Shown here piece after piece: positions 37,661 to 49,879 of a stretch of 64,000 bases of DNA. Both the position numbers and the translations under genes were made by a program. The DNA is from Octopus sinensis. Lineage: Eukaryota. Where the stretch lies: assembly GCF_006345805.1 (NCBI RefSeq), contig NC_043000.1, positions 22,382,001-22,446,000 on the forward strand, in the 5' to 3' direction. The notes under the pieces were generated by a model. It did not search any database and had not been told where the DNA came from. It worked only from the letters and a program-made list of their open reading frames with translations. Numbering within the stretch: position 1 is the first letter of the stretch; each line of letters opens with the position of its first letter.

Positions 37661-39226
37661 AATAATAAATATAATTCAGAACTTAGTGTTAAAATTAATC
37701 AAGGCAAACAACTCAGAGCATAATCTGCAATCTGGTTTTAATGTTTGTTTGGATCTAATTCACTTTGATTATACTGATTACATCTTTGAAAAGAATCATG
37801 AATGTTATACCATCTCATTTACTTCTTCTGTGTTTGTCTGTCTTTTAGACCAAATAAGAATGGTATACTGGTTTTAGTTGAGATAGTGATACTATAATTA
37901 CTACTGCAATAGCTCCTAATAAATGAGGGTTTGATACAATTAAAGCAATTCATTGTTATATATCTTCCTTCATTCTTCTCAGTCACTTGTCTGTTTACTT
38001 TCATAAATACTTCAGATCACACTTGATATTGCTACACTTGCTTGGAAATCTTGAAGATACTATTCAATTGAAAAAAAAAAAAAATGAGTTTTTCTTTAGT
38101 TACTTGTTATCTGTAGATGATGAAACTGCTATAACATGAATCATCTGACAGCTTCTTCTGCATCAAGCAGACCAAAGTAGTCTCTTGATTCTGACCAAAA
38201 CTTTTGCTAAGCATATACATCCAATTGTAACACTATATTTTGAGTGAGATGACTGCAGTTTTCTATGTTTACAGACCAAATTTAGCTAACTCAGAAGTAC
38301 CTACACCTATATAGATGTACACTTCTCATTGTTCTGAATAGGAAGTAGTTCACAGAAGTTTTGTGAGCCAATTCAAATTCTTATTGTGAAGGTATGGCTT
38401 GAATGTCATGTTATGCATTTAGTAAACGGAAGTAACAACTTTGAGATGGTTGAACTGAGTAATATATTATTGAACTGAGTAATATATTATTTTATTAGTC
38501 CTTCTCTGATAAAATCTCATCTAATTGAAGTAAGTTTTCTTCAAAGCTTTCTCCAAGTATTCTCAATGAGAAAATACACATGGTTCTGAAGATGAAAGAG
38601 ATCTAACTACTTAAAAATTACAATACTTTGGTTCTTAAATTTACATATTTTCACAAAGTGAGTACAGCCCTCTGTAATCTTTTAGAGCAAGACAAGAAAT
38701 ATATTTCAGTATGAAGTATATTACTATTAACCATGGAGCCTGAAGTAGATAAAGCTATAGATGAAAGTGTGCAGAATATTGAGTTAAAAACCTTTGGATG
38801 GAAAAAATGCCAAAGGCTAGAATTGTTTTGGTTTAATGATTTGGACAGCCTTTGACTTTTTCCATCCAAGTGCTTGATAAACAATAGATTGCCAAAAGTT
38901 TAATTACTGACTTTTGGTTTCTTTAACCCAATATTCTACACACCAGTATTTACAGCTTTATCTATATGGAATTTTACTGTTAAAAATGATTTATTTCATG
39001 TCTCTCGAAATTTCTAAATTCTTATAAATTTCATGAGTCTGACATGGATGTTAAGTGATAATGATTCTAATATATAATTAAGTGTAATTAAGACATTTTC
39101 TGATCTTTAGATTTTATTTTTAAAATTCCTTTCACCTGTAGAGAAAAATGTATTTTTAGAGTTATGTGATGATTCTTTAATTTCTTGAAAATGTTTCCTT
39201 TTTATTGCAGGGTTGTTACAAATAGA

Positions 39227-39428
39227 ATGAACAGTTCGAACTCCTCTTCTGTAAGTGTTCGTGGAGTTGTTAATGCAATGACTAACATGAGCACCTCCCC
39301 AATGTGTGCAAACATGCTTAGTGATGATATGAGTGAATCCAGCTCACCAGATAGCCCTCATTTTGATGAAACAGATCTACTTACAAATACTATGAATGAT
39401 GATGTAACCACTCAATTGGCTGCTGCTG
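39227..39428 (+). CDS. NRF1: Nuclear respiratory factor 1 / erect wing, coding exon 1 (exon starts 39211)
   Basis: Acceptor TTTTATTGCAG. MNSSNSSS..SSPDSPHFDETDLL..DDVTTQLAAAG. Donor G|GTAAAT, phase 1. Confidence 0.9.
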
Positions 39429-39584
39429 GTAAATGTTGTTTCTATACTTCGTTATTCCAAACTGACCATAATCTGTCAGAGAAATAATTTGACAATTATG
39501 TTTTACTAATAATAACCAATCAGATAAAATACATGTAAAGGAAAGGGAGAGAGGTGAGGGAAGGACTTATATTGGTAATTATAT

Positions 39585-39782
39585 AAGGCGAGCTGGCAGA
39601 AACGTAAGCATGCCGGGCGAAATGATCAGCAGTATTTCGTCTGTCGCTACGTTCTGAGTTTAAATTCCGCCGAGGTTGACTTTACCTTTCATCCTTTCGG
39701 GGTCGATGTAGTTGACTTAAGTCCTTTCTCTGTCTTTATTCATCCCCTCTATGTTTAGCCCCTTGTGGGTAGTAAAGAAATA
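39585..39782 (+). mobile_element. SINE family C
   Basis: GGCGAGCTGGCAGAAACG head and core as 37262. Confidence 0.85.
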
Positions 39783-40104
39783 TATATTGGTAATTAAACT
39801 TTTAATAGAATCTGTTGTTTATTAAGCACAGTGTCCTAGTTGAACATCAAATGGAGCAGAAGAAAATTGAATTCCATTTGATCCATGCAAGCATAGAAAA
39901 GTGGGTGTTAAAATGATGATGATGGTGATGATAAATTAATGCAGTTATAGTTTAGTGATGATAGGACATTTATTGCAGTTTTAAGTATTTGAAGAAAGTG
40001 TGTTCAACTTATATTATGTCTTACTCTATATTTCTTTTACTATCTCCAGGCACACTTGTGTAACAATTTACTCTACTTGTAGCACATCATCATATAATTT
40101 CTGT

Positions 40105-40345
40105 TTTCCATTCAGGCATGGGTTGGACAGTTTGACAGGAGCTGCCAAGCCGGAGAACTGCACCATGTTCCAATTGTCTGTTTTGGCAACATTTCTATGG
40201 CTGGGTGTTCTTCATAATGCCAAACACTTTACAAAGTGTACTGGGTGCCTTTTATATGGCACAAGCGCAGGTGCTTTTGACATGGCACCAACACCAGTGT
40301 TTTTTACATGATACCACCACCAGAGCTTTTTATGTGTCACCAACA
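40105..40345 (-). mobile_element. RTE 3'-tail repeat, family B (diverged)
   Basis: GCATGGGTTGGACAG..TTTCTATGGCTGG..AATGCCAAACACTTTACA. Confidence 0.7.
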
Positions 40346-40511
40346 TGGCTGCTTTTTAGGACAATTAGACAAACTCGTTGTTTCAAAATTTACTTGAAAT
40401 GAAACAATTCTGTTAGATTATACTGTTTCGTTTTGATTTCTTTTTGTGGGTTTCTTTCATTGGAATCTGATATAATTAAGGTAATTATTGTTTTCTTTCT
40501 TAATTTTTAAG

Positions 40512-40626
40512 GACCTATTGGTGTTGCTGCAGCTGCTGCAATTGTTACTGGAAGGAAGCGTCGGCGAATGCATAGTTTTGAAACAAATCCTTCTATTCGA
40601 CGTCGGCAACAAACAAGATTACTCAG
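40512..40626 (+). CDS. NRF1: NRF1 coding exon 2
   Basis: GPIGVAAAAAIVTGRKRRRMHSFETNPSIRRRQQTRLLR (NLS/DNA-binding start). AG/GT boundaries, phase 1 to 2. Confidence 0.95.
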
Positions 40627-40744
40627 GTGAAGAGATTTATTTTATGTCTCTATCTTTAGATTTTTAAATTAAAGTTAGTTTTTTTAATAACCATTAATCT
40701 GCCTCACCATAGAATTGGAAATATATATGATTATTACTGTAGAT

Positions 40745-41083
40745 CAATGGTTCTCAGACAGGATCCATATGACCCCAGGGGCCCCTTATAAGATTTTAAG
40801 GATCTGTGCAAGCAAAATAGTAAATTGGGGATCCACAGTAGCAGTTTAAAGGTCCATGAAAATATTTTGATTTAGATATGAGTATCGTAAGAAATGGCCA
40901 AATTTCCATCTCAAAAGTTTTACATAGTTCAGTCTAAAAATGTTAATGTGCGAATAACAAAATAGGAATTTTGAAAGAAGTATCTATAAAACTAGATTTT
41001 AAAAATCGAATGGCTATGGGGGTCCACCAGAAGAAAATAGTAATCAAAGGGGTCCATTGATAAAAAATGGTTGAGAGCCACTG
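40745..41083. mobile_element. hAT (Charlie-like) MITE
   Basis: CAATGGTTCTCA / TGAGAGCCACTG termini. Body matches 27411-27723. Confidence 0.75.
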
Positions 41084-41791
41084 CCATACATGTTGCATTG
41101 TTGTTTGACGTCAAGTCAGCCCTGCTCACACAGATATATGATTAAAGACATTCCATTCATGACTATCATGTCTTTTGTACATCTACTACTACAGTGTTCA
41201 ATATACCCTTTCTTTTTTAAGACAGCAGGGGCTGATTTTAATGGAGTTTTGACTTATTTCTTACAGGTTGGGCAACTCTCTAGTGCTTTCTCGTTAGTTT
41301 ATTAGTGTTGTGTTACCATTAGTGATGTACTATTCTGTTTTGTCTTGAGGAATTTCAACTGTGTTTCGTGGTCTGCTACCACAACAGCTCCTTTATAGGA
41401 TCCAGTTAGCTCAAGACATCATCAGGACGAACCACGTCCGGTTTCGGCCCCTACTCCTCTACCATTTTGACGTGGCAGGGCTCTGGTGTTGGGTGTATGT
41501 CTTCTTTCATCTGTTCCTTGGCCTCTTCGATGTAGCGTCAACGAGTGTCAGCAGGCGACTGACTGCCTTGCCAATTTTCTCCCTTTAAATGGCAGTCAGT
41601 CGCTCGCTTTAATTGTCTGTTTTACATGTTCATTCTATTTATTAAATGTTTTATTATTTTTAATTGTTTTTTTTTTATAGTATTAGTGCTAGATCAGATG
41701 TATGTGAGTATTTGATCAAGTCTTTATATTTTTTAAGGCTATTTATATTTTAAAGTTTTTTTCAAAATAAATTGTTTTATATCTTCATCAG

Positions 41792-41927
41792 AAAACTACG
41801 GTATATTGTTGAAGAATATTCAACACGTGTAGGGCAACAAGCAGTTGTACTCTGTTGTACTCCTGGCAAACCTAACCAAAGTTACCAGTCTTTTAAAGTG
41901 TTCGGTTCTCAACCTTTAGAAACAGTG
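41792..41927 (+). CDS. NRF1: NRF1 coding exon 3
   Basis: KLRYIVEEYSTRVGQQAVVLCCTPGKPNQSYQSFKVFGSQPLETV. Donor GTAAGT. Confidence 0.95.
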
Positions 41928-42022
41928 GTAAGTTCTTCATTTCTACACAATTTTGAAATTTTGTAAATAATTTATTATAGGAGATGAAATCGTCAGGGAG
42001 ATAAAGTTTCTATCTTCTAATC

Positions 42023-42398
42023 ATTTAGTTACTCTCTTACTTGTTTCAGTCATTTGATTGTGGCCATGCTGGAGCACTGCCTTTAGTGGAAAAAATCGAC
42101 CCCAGGACTTATTCTTTGGAAGTTTAGTGCTTATTCTATTGATCTTTCTTGCTGAACTGCTAACGCCAACATCAGTTGTCAAGCGATGGTGGGGGGACAA
42201 AAAAAAACATACACAGACACACACACACACACACATGATGGGCTTCTTTCAGTTTCCGTCTGCCAAATTCATTCACAAAGCTTTGGTCAGCCTGAGGCTA
42301 TAGTAGAAGACACTTGCCCAAGGTGCCACGCAGTGGGACTGAACCTGGAACCATGTGGTTGGTAAGCAAGCTACTTACCACACAGCCACTCCTGTGCC
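42023..42398 (-). mobile_element. SINE family A, full length
   Basis: Reverse complement of the 35888-36290 structure. Confidence 0.9.
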
Positions 42399-42549
42399 TA
42401 TGGCCACTCCTCTGTGAGTTTATATTTTGGCATAGACACCTGGGAAGTGTACTAATTTTATTTGCATTAGTTTATTTATCCAGTTGAAAAATATGTAGCA
42501 GACCTGGGAAAAGTTAACTTGTAATAGTCCAACACCTGCTTCAGTAGTG

Positions 42550-42780
42550 AGGGTGCATGGCTTAGTGTAAAGTGTTTCCAGCTCATGGTTGTGAGTTCAG
42601 TTCTTGATGCCATGTTGTGTCCTTGAGCCAGACACTTTATTTCCCATTGCTCTAGTCCACTCAGCTGGCAAAAATGAGTTACACCTGTATTTCAAAAGGC
42701 CAGCCTTATCACATTTTGTGTCAAGCTGAATCTCCCTGATTCTGTGGAGTACTCAGCCACTTGCATGTTATTTACTTTGA
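42550..42780 (+). mobile_element. SINE family D-related
   Basis: tRNA-like head, GTTGTGTCCTTGAGC.AGACAC, CTGTGGAGTACTCAGCCAC. Confidence 0.7.
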
Positions 42781-43277
42781 ATTGTTATTGTCTCATATCT
42801 GATTAGCCTGTTATTACATAACATGATTCACGATTATAGTATACGTACCTTATTAGTTTTTCCTCCTATGTTATATATACTCTGGGAATGCATTAAAGTC
42901 CTTTTCAGAGCTACTTTATTTGAATTCTTACTATTGCATAACTAATTTCATGTTATTACATAACTGACTTCACAATTTAAGTATTCATAATTTATTGGGA
43001 ATTCCTAAAAACAAGATCCTGTGTAAGACAGTTCGGTATTCTCTGTAAATGCATAAAAACCATTTTAAGGGCTACATACTTTGTATTGTTGTTATTGGAT
43101 TAGCAAACCAAGGGATAAACCCACTTTCCTGGGAATTACCGGGTATGTCAGTTAGTAGATTAATAATAGAATATTATACTGTTATAAGTGTCATAGTTTA
43201 CCAATGTTATCCAAACGATGCACCAGGAAATTGTATTTGATCTTAAATGGCTTGTTAGCATGCTTGAAAAAATGTTT

Positions 43278-43666
43278 GGTGGCATCTTAATCAGTCTTTA
43301 CATTCTGAGCTCAAATACTGTTGAGGTTGACTTTGCTTTTCATCCTTTTGGGGTCAATGAAGTACATTACAGTTGAGAACTAGAGTTGATGGAATCAACT
43401 AGCCTCCTCTCCCAAAATTTCAGGCCTTGCCCCTATAATAGAAAGGATATTCTTTTCTATTCTAGGTACAAGACCCGAAATTTTGGGGGAGGGGGCCAGC
43501 CGATTAGATTGATTCCAGTACGCAACTGGTACTAAATTTATCGATCCCAAAAGGATGAAAGGCAAAGTTGACCTCGGTGAAATTTGAACTCAGACTGTAA
43601 AGACAGGCGAAACACCGCTAAGCATTTTGCCCGGCATGCTAACATTTCTGCCAGCTTGCTGCCTTA
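43278..43666. mobile_element. Tail-to-tail inverted pair of SINE family C
   Basis: Plus copy 43278-43449 abuts minus copy 43452-43666 at AGAAAGGATA|TTCTTTTCT. Confidence 0.8.
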
Positions 43667-43909
43667 TATGATAGGTTATTAAATGGGATTTTACTTTAAA
43701 TAAACCAATCCACATGGAAGCATATAGAACACATGCAATGCCATGACACTATTAATGTAACAATAATATCAGACTAAGTGCAGTGTACAGATGGAAAGAA
43801 ATTCGTTGATATGTTTTTTTTTTGGCTGAGATTTCTATGTAATTAAATCTGTGACTAATTATTGAAATTGGAACTGATATCACAATTTATGATATTTTTT
43901 TCCTCCAAG

Positions 43910-44059
43910 GTTCGCAATTCTAAAGGAATTATTATGCAAGACTTGGAATCAGTGCTGGCACAACAAGCACCACCCTCACAGCAAGAAGATCCAAATTTAC
44001 ACAAATTACCACCTCTTGTTATAGATGGTATCCCAACCCCTGTAGATAAAATGACCCAG
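43910..44059 (+). CDS. NRF1: NRF1 coding exon 4
   Basis: VRNSKGIIMQDLESVLAQQAPP..LPPLVIDGIPTPVDKMTQ. 150 nt, phase 0/0. Confidence 0.95.
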
Positions 44060-44879
44060 GTATATTCAATATTTTTTGAAAAAATATTTGTATATATTCG
44101 TTTTCAGTATGTATAAGATATATCTGTAAATCCAGTCTTTCACACACTTTGTTAGAACAGCTGTTTATTTGTTAATGGTTACTACTCATTTGTAAAATCT
44201 AATTTTTTTCATCAAATAATTATTGTCAGATTAAAGGTATCCTGAATATTTATTCAGAATTTCTGTTCAAAATCACATATCCAGCTTATTAACCTCGACA
44301 TAATTGCAAATCATTCTGTCTAATTGGCATTATATATGAAGTGTGTTATTACATTATTACCTTGTGTATGCTGGTTTTAGACGAGACACCCCACAAACCT
44401 GTATGTTATAAAAGGATTGATTACAAGAATAGTCCAACTCTTAAACACTACCCCAGCAAAACCATCCAGTCCATGTCAACATGGGAAAGATGACATAAAA
44501 CTCGGAGAATTCCAATTCTGATGGGTGTATTAAATTTGAGGACTTGCTGTGTGCTGTATATTTTGCTTAATTAATGTCATCCAAAGTTGAATAATAACTG
44601 ACCTTATTTTTTTGGTATCATTTCAAATATATACGTAGCTGAAAAAACTTTGAAATTTGTCCTGATCTAATTTAATATTAAATGATCATCAAGGCAGCAA
44701 ATTGACAGAAACGTTCTCCTGAGCTTGCTAGTTTCATGCCAAAATTTGAAATCAGTATTAAATGATCATCTTACTATGTCAAAATTATATATATATAAAA
44801 CAAAGTTATTTTATTCCATGTGGGTAGAAATATACGAAAATAGGAGTTGAAAATACACTGAGAATAGTTAATCGTTTCA

Positions 44880-45183
44880 CCATCCGAATCGTGGCTGATG
44901 CCAGTGCCGCCTCGACTGGCTTCCATGCCGGTGGCACGTAAAATGCACCAATCCGATCGTGGCCGTTGCCAGCCTTGCCTGGCACCTGTGCAGGTGGCAC
45001 GTAAAAAGCACCCACTACACTCACGGAGTGGTTGGCATTAGGAAGGGCATCCAGCTGTAGAAACACTGCCAGATCAGACTGGAGCCTGGTACAGCCTTCT
45101 GGCTTCCCAGATCCTCGATCGAACCGTCCAACCCATGCTAGCATGGAGAATGGACGTTAAACAACAATGATGATGATGATGAT
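44880..45183 (+). mobile_element. RTE 3'-tail repeat, family B (young)
   Basis: Two GGTGGCACGTAAAA.GCACC units, GGAAGGGCATCCAGCTGTAG, (GAT)n. Confidence 0.88.
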
Positions 45184-45226
45184 TTAAAGTTTCACAGTTT
45201 GATGATGATGATGATGATGATTTAAA

Positions 45227-45524
45227 GTTTCACAGTTTACACTGATTTTCAAAAAGCTGAAATGGAAAGACATGGCTTATGTCACAGCTGTCTTACTTCT
45301 GACTAGTGTTTGAAGCTTGCCCTATTTTTATAGGGACTTCATGGCTCAAATTAGTATATGTTTTGAATAGGATTTTATTTGATTCAAAACATATATTAAT
45401 TTGAGTCATGAACTCCCTATAAAAATAGAGCAAGCTTCAGACACTAAGTCAGAAGTAAGACACTTGCAACAGAAGCCATGTCTTTCTATTTCAACTTTTT
45501 GAAAATCAGTGTAAATTGCGAAAC
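45227..45524. repeat. About 300-bp fold-back palindrome (MITE-like)
   Basis: Arms 45227-45368 and 45382-45524 are reverse complements with a 13-nt loop. Confidence 0.9.
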
Positions 45525-45915
45525 AAGTTAAATATATTAATTAAAAATATTTTAACTGTTCTCAGTGCATTTTCAACTTCTATTTTTCATATATATATGT
45601 CTTTACCAAATCTGACATTTTAAAATTAGTTATCCCTTTTATCTCATGTTTAAATTTTGATATACATCAGAAAACAACCATTCAAATGTTTAATATAATA
45701 TTAGTTATGTTAGTGGAAGAAATTACTCATCTTCATAATTGATGTACTAACCTAAGATTTCTATGTTTCTTTAAACAAACTGCCTCACTTTTGTATTCTG
45801 TAAAATTGAAATTCTGCTCCTCAAGTAATATAATTAATGTTGGATGTGATATAGTAAGTGTTGAAATAGTATAACTAAGAAGTTTAGAGGTCTGTACTTC
45901 TGTTAAAAGAAAGTA

Positions 45916-46282
45916 TCTCTCTCTATATAAACGGCAGTTTGTCTGTGTGTGTTTCTGTGTGTCTGTCAGGTTGTACCCTCACCCTGACCACGGCTTTCAA
46001 CCGATTCTGATGAAACTTGACACACACATAGCCCAATGTCATAATTCAAAACTAACGCAGCGAAAATTTTGAAAAGTTCCCCCAGTTCTGAAATAGATCG
46101 ATAAATTCGACATGGGGTCGAGAATCAGAAACACAAACCACATATGGGACGCAACTAGACCTTTTTAACTATCAAAAAAAAATCACCATCATTTTTTTTG
46201 CTATTTTTTGGCTATAACTCTCTAAAAATGCTTTATAGTTATTTCCCTTACAAACCCGAGCAACGCCGAGCAATACTGCTAG
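45916..46282 (+). mobile_element. Non-autonomous Helitron
   Basis: A|TCTCTCTCTATAT start, hairpin CCCGAGCAACGCCGAGC, end CTAG|T. Last about 65 bp shared with 21973-22359. Confidence 0.85.
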
Positions 46283-46591
46283 TTGCTAATAAAGGACAAA
46301 CCGTGAAAGATATCTCATTAGATGTTGACAAAAAAGCCCAGGATAATGTAGTTTGGCCAAATATGAGTATATTAGGTTTGAGATGAGATGACAGAGGATT
46401 ACAATCATAGAGTGATGTAATATAGACTTGTAAGACTTTTACAGTCATGGGTGAGTAGATTATAAAATGATCATAAGGGACTAGGTATTAAGTCATTTCC
46501 ATTTTGTCATAGATCCTTATCTTTTATTATAAATTTTGATTTCCTGTAAGTATATATGTATATATATATATATATATCTGTATTTATATAG

Positions 46592-46750
46592 GCTCAATTA
46601 CGTGCTTTTATACCTGAAATGTTAAAGTACTCAACCGGTCGCAGTAAACCTGGATGGGGTAAAATAGAATATAGGCCTGTTTGGTGGCCTGATGATGTGC
46701 CATGGGCAAATGTACGCAGTGATGCCCGAACTGAGGACGAAAAGCGTAAA
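46592..46750 (+). CDS. NRF1: NRF1 coding exon 5
   Basis: AQLRAFIPEMLKYSTGRSKPGWGKIEYRPVWWPDDVPWANVRSDARTEDEKRK. 159 nt, phase 0/0. Confidence 0.96.
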
Positions 46751-46898
46751 GTTAGTACCTCCTTCATGCAGTTATTCTTGAATTGCACTTTACTTCAAAT
46801 TATGTTTTTCTGTTTTCCTTTTCTCTTTCTTTTTCTATCTACTTATCTATCTACAGCTACCTTCATCCCCTATCTGTGTGTGTGTGTGTGTATGTATA

Positions 46899-47460
46899 TG
46901 TGGCTGTGTGGTAAGAAGCTTGTTTCCCAACCACATGTTTCCGAGTTCAGTCCCACTATGTGGCACCTTGGGCAAGTGTCTTCTGCTCCCTAGGTATATA
47001 TATATATACGACAGGCTTCTTTCAGTTTCTGTCTACCAAATCCACTCACAAGGCTTTGGTTGGCCTGGGGCTATATAGCAGAAGACACTTGCCCAAGGTA
47101 CTGCACAGTGGGACTGAACCTAGAACGATGTCGTTGGGAAACAAGCTTTTTACCATATATGTGTGTGTGTGTGTGTGTATATATGTATATTTATATATAT
47201 ATATACACACACATACATACATACATATGTATGTATTTGTGTGTCTGTGTTTGTCCTTTCCCCCATTGCTTGGTAACCAATGTTGGTGTGTTTATGTGCC
47301 TGTAACTTAGCATTTCAGCAAAAGATACTAATAGAATAAGTACTAGGCTTTGAAAGAATAAGTCCTGGGGTCGATTTGTTCAACTAAAAAGGTGCTGTTC
47401 CAGCATGGCCACAGTCAAATGACTGAAAGAAGTAAAAAGTAAGTAAAAAGAAAAAAAGAA
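46899..47460 (+). mobile_element. SINE family A with internal inverted 5' half
   Basis: Plus head 46899-46990, minus segment about 46995-47155, plus remainder 47156-47460. Confidence 0.85.
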
Positions 47461-48049
47461 TTCATATATATGTGTGTGTGTATATTATACATATAGGGAG
47501 AGCATCCAGCACCAAGCTGTACTGTCTGCCAAAGTAAATAGTAAAGCTTGGTGCAGTCATCTGGCTTGCCAGCTCTTCTATGACTATCCAACCCATGCCA
47601 GCATGGAAAACGGACATTAAATGATATGTGTGTATTTAAATTAGTTTAAAATAGTATATATAACCCTTTAGTGTTCAGATTACTCTGTTAAATGTAATAC
47701 TTTTTTCACTCAAATCGTTTTGAATTAATCATACATTATCTTACAGCTTTGAAGTTTGAATGGTGTCATAGTTTATTCTTAGAATGTCAATGTAGGTTAG
47801 GTGTGAGAGGCTAGATAGGGCCAGTTTGAATGTAAAACATGTTGGATATTTGGGCCGGATATGGCTGGCTTAAACACCAAAGGGTTAAAGAGGAGTATGA
47901 ATCTATTGATTAGGTAAATTGATTGTTGTCTGTAACTATTTATCCTATTTTTATTTATTACAATAAAAGTTTTCAATGCTTTGAAATGTATTGTTTTATG
48001 CTAATTGTTTACCTGGTCATCTCTTAAAGCCTAAATTTTTGCTGTCTAG

Positions 48050-48295
48050 GTATCATGGACACATGCTTTAAGACAAATTGTGAAGAACTGCTACAAATAT
48101 CATGGTCGGGAAGATTTACTCCCTGAATTTACTGAAGAGAATCCTGCGTCTCCTCCTCAGCAATATACAGGGACTATGGTGCAGACAATCAACAACCCTG
48201 ATGGTAGTGTTTCCATTATTCAAATTGACACTGGTACACCAGGAAGTGCTGTAGTTACATTACCTGATGGAACACAAGCTACTGTTGTTCATGCT
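48050..48295 (+). CDS. NRF1: NRF1 coding exon 6
   Basis: VSWTHALRQIVKNCYKYHGREDLL..TMVQTINNPDGSVSIIQI. Donor GTGAGT. Confidence 0.95.
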
Positions 48296-48334
48296 GTGAG
48301 TAACCTTTCTTTAGTGTTGAGACTTCTGTCTAAT

Positions 48335-48585
48335 TGCAACAAAAATTGCTGCTGGACTGGCTCCTGTGTAGGTGGCGGCTGTTGCCAGTACTACCAAACT
48401 GGCCCTCGTACCGGTGGCATGTAAATGCACCCACTAAACTCTCGGAGTGGTTGGCGTTTGGAAGGGCATCCAGCTGTAGAAACTCTGCCAGATCAGATTG
48501 GTGTCTGGTTCGCCAGACCTCAGTCAAATCGTCCAACCCATGCTAGCATGGAAAGCGGACGTTAAATGATGATGATAATGATGAT
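48335..48585 (+). mobile_element. RTE 3'-tail repeat, family B
   Basis: Begins about 40 nt after the exon 6 donor. Standard motifs and (GAT)n tail. Confidence 0.85.
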
Positions 48586-49711
48586 GATTGTTTGCAAACT
48601 TACCTGATCCTCTGTCCGCATCCCCCTTACATTCACCCTCTTGTATGTCAGTGGTTACATCCTGTTACCTCACCACTACTATATTTTTTCCTTTTCCAAC
48701 CGGATTAGTCATATACCTCCTCTACAACAAGACACCTGTTCCTATCTTGCTATCATACTCATAGAAATTATATAGCTATCATTAGTTTCTCTTCTCCATT
48801 ATGATGCTTGATTAACGAGGGGTTATATCAGATTTGAACACCCCACCAGCTTTCTCTCTCTCTCTGTCTCGCTCTCGCTCTATCTCTCAGATATCCATCC
48901 ATCTGTCTCTTACCCTCACCATTTTCACTACTCATCACTCATAATCTCTCTTACCAGCTAACATTATTACCCATCTATTTTGATAGCCTATGTGCCCACT
49001 CCTCATTTTTGGCATGTGCTATCCATCATTAACTCTCTCTCATTTCCCCTCACCATTACTATAAATCATTACATTACCACTACTGTCTCTTTGTTATTCC
49101 TTCAAGCACTGTCTTCCTTTTCATACTCTGATTTCTTTCTCTCTTTCCTCTCTATTGGCCATATTGCCTCATATGAATCGAAATACAACAGTGAGGACTA
49201 AAGACACCTTTTTTGTTTAGCAGAGTAGAAGGCAATTGCACTAGTGCTGGTGCCATGATAAAATGCATCTGGTATGATCTATAATGTGGTTGGCAAACAA
49301 ATAGAGATTATGAAGTGTCGATAGGACTTTGTCTTGTCTTGTTCAAGACACGATAACTTTTCTATTGCAGGTGCCATGATAGAATGCAACTTGTGAACTC
49401 TATAATAGTGATTGTGAGGGCATTTCCAAATTAATGGCCTTCAAGTAAAATGTGGTCCCCTAACCCATCTAAGAATTCAATATTACTCTGAATAATAACT
49501 GACTCAGACTGTTCAACCTGTGTCAGTATGGAAAGTAGACTGTCCTAGCATGATTGGGCGGCATTTCTATGTTGTTTACATTGTGTGATGTGTAGTGTCA
49601 GGACAGCATATTTGATTAGCAGTTTATATTGTGTGATGCATGTCTCCTACTATTCTGCTTGTTCCCTCTGAGGGATCTCTTTACTGAGGGTCTGGAGATG
49701 GTTAGTACAGA

Positions 49712-49870
49712 TTTTGAGTCAACTTCCATTATACATACGTGTGTCTGTATGTTTTTGAGTCAACTCCCATTTTATGTTTGTGTGTCTGTGTGTGTTTGAG
49801 TCAACTCCAATTTTGTGTCCATGTGTGTGTGTTTTTGTGTCAACTCCCATTTTGTGTATGTGTGTATGTG
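49712..49870. repeat. Minisatellite, 4 copies of about 41 bp
   Basis: Conserved TTTGAGTCAACTCCCATTT core at 41, 41 and 39-bp spacing, with TG-rich spacers. Confidence 0.85.
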
Positions 49871-49879
49871 TTTATTCAC

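Noticed and set aside
38117-38194. C/D box snoRNA-like spacing (ATGATGA..CTGA..CTGA)
   Set aside because: No terminal stem, and at most about 8 nt of complementarity to rRNA that I could recall.
49712-49870. CRISPR-like repeat-spacer look
   Set aside because: Spacers are related TG microsatellites, the context is eukaryotic and there are no cas genes.
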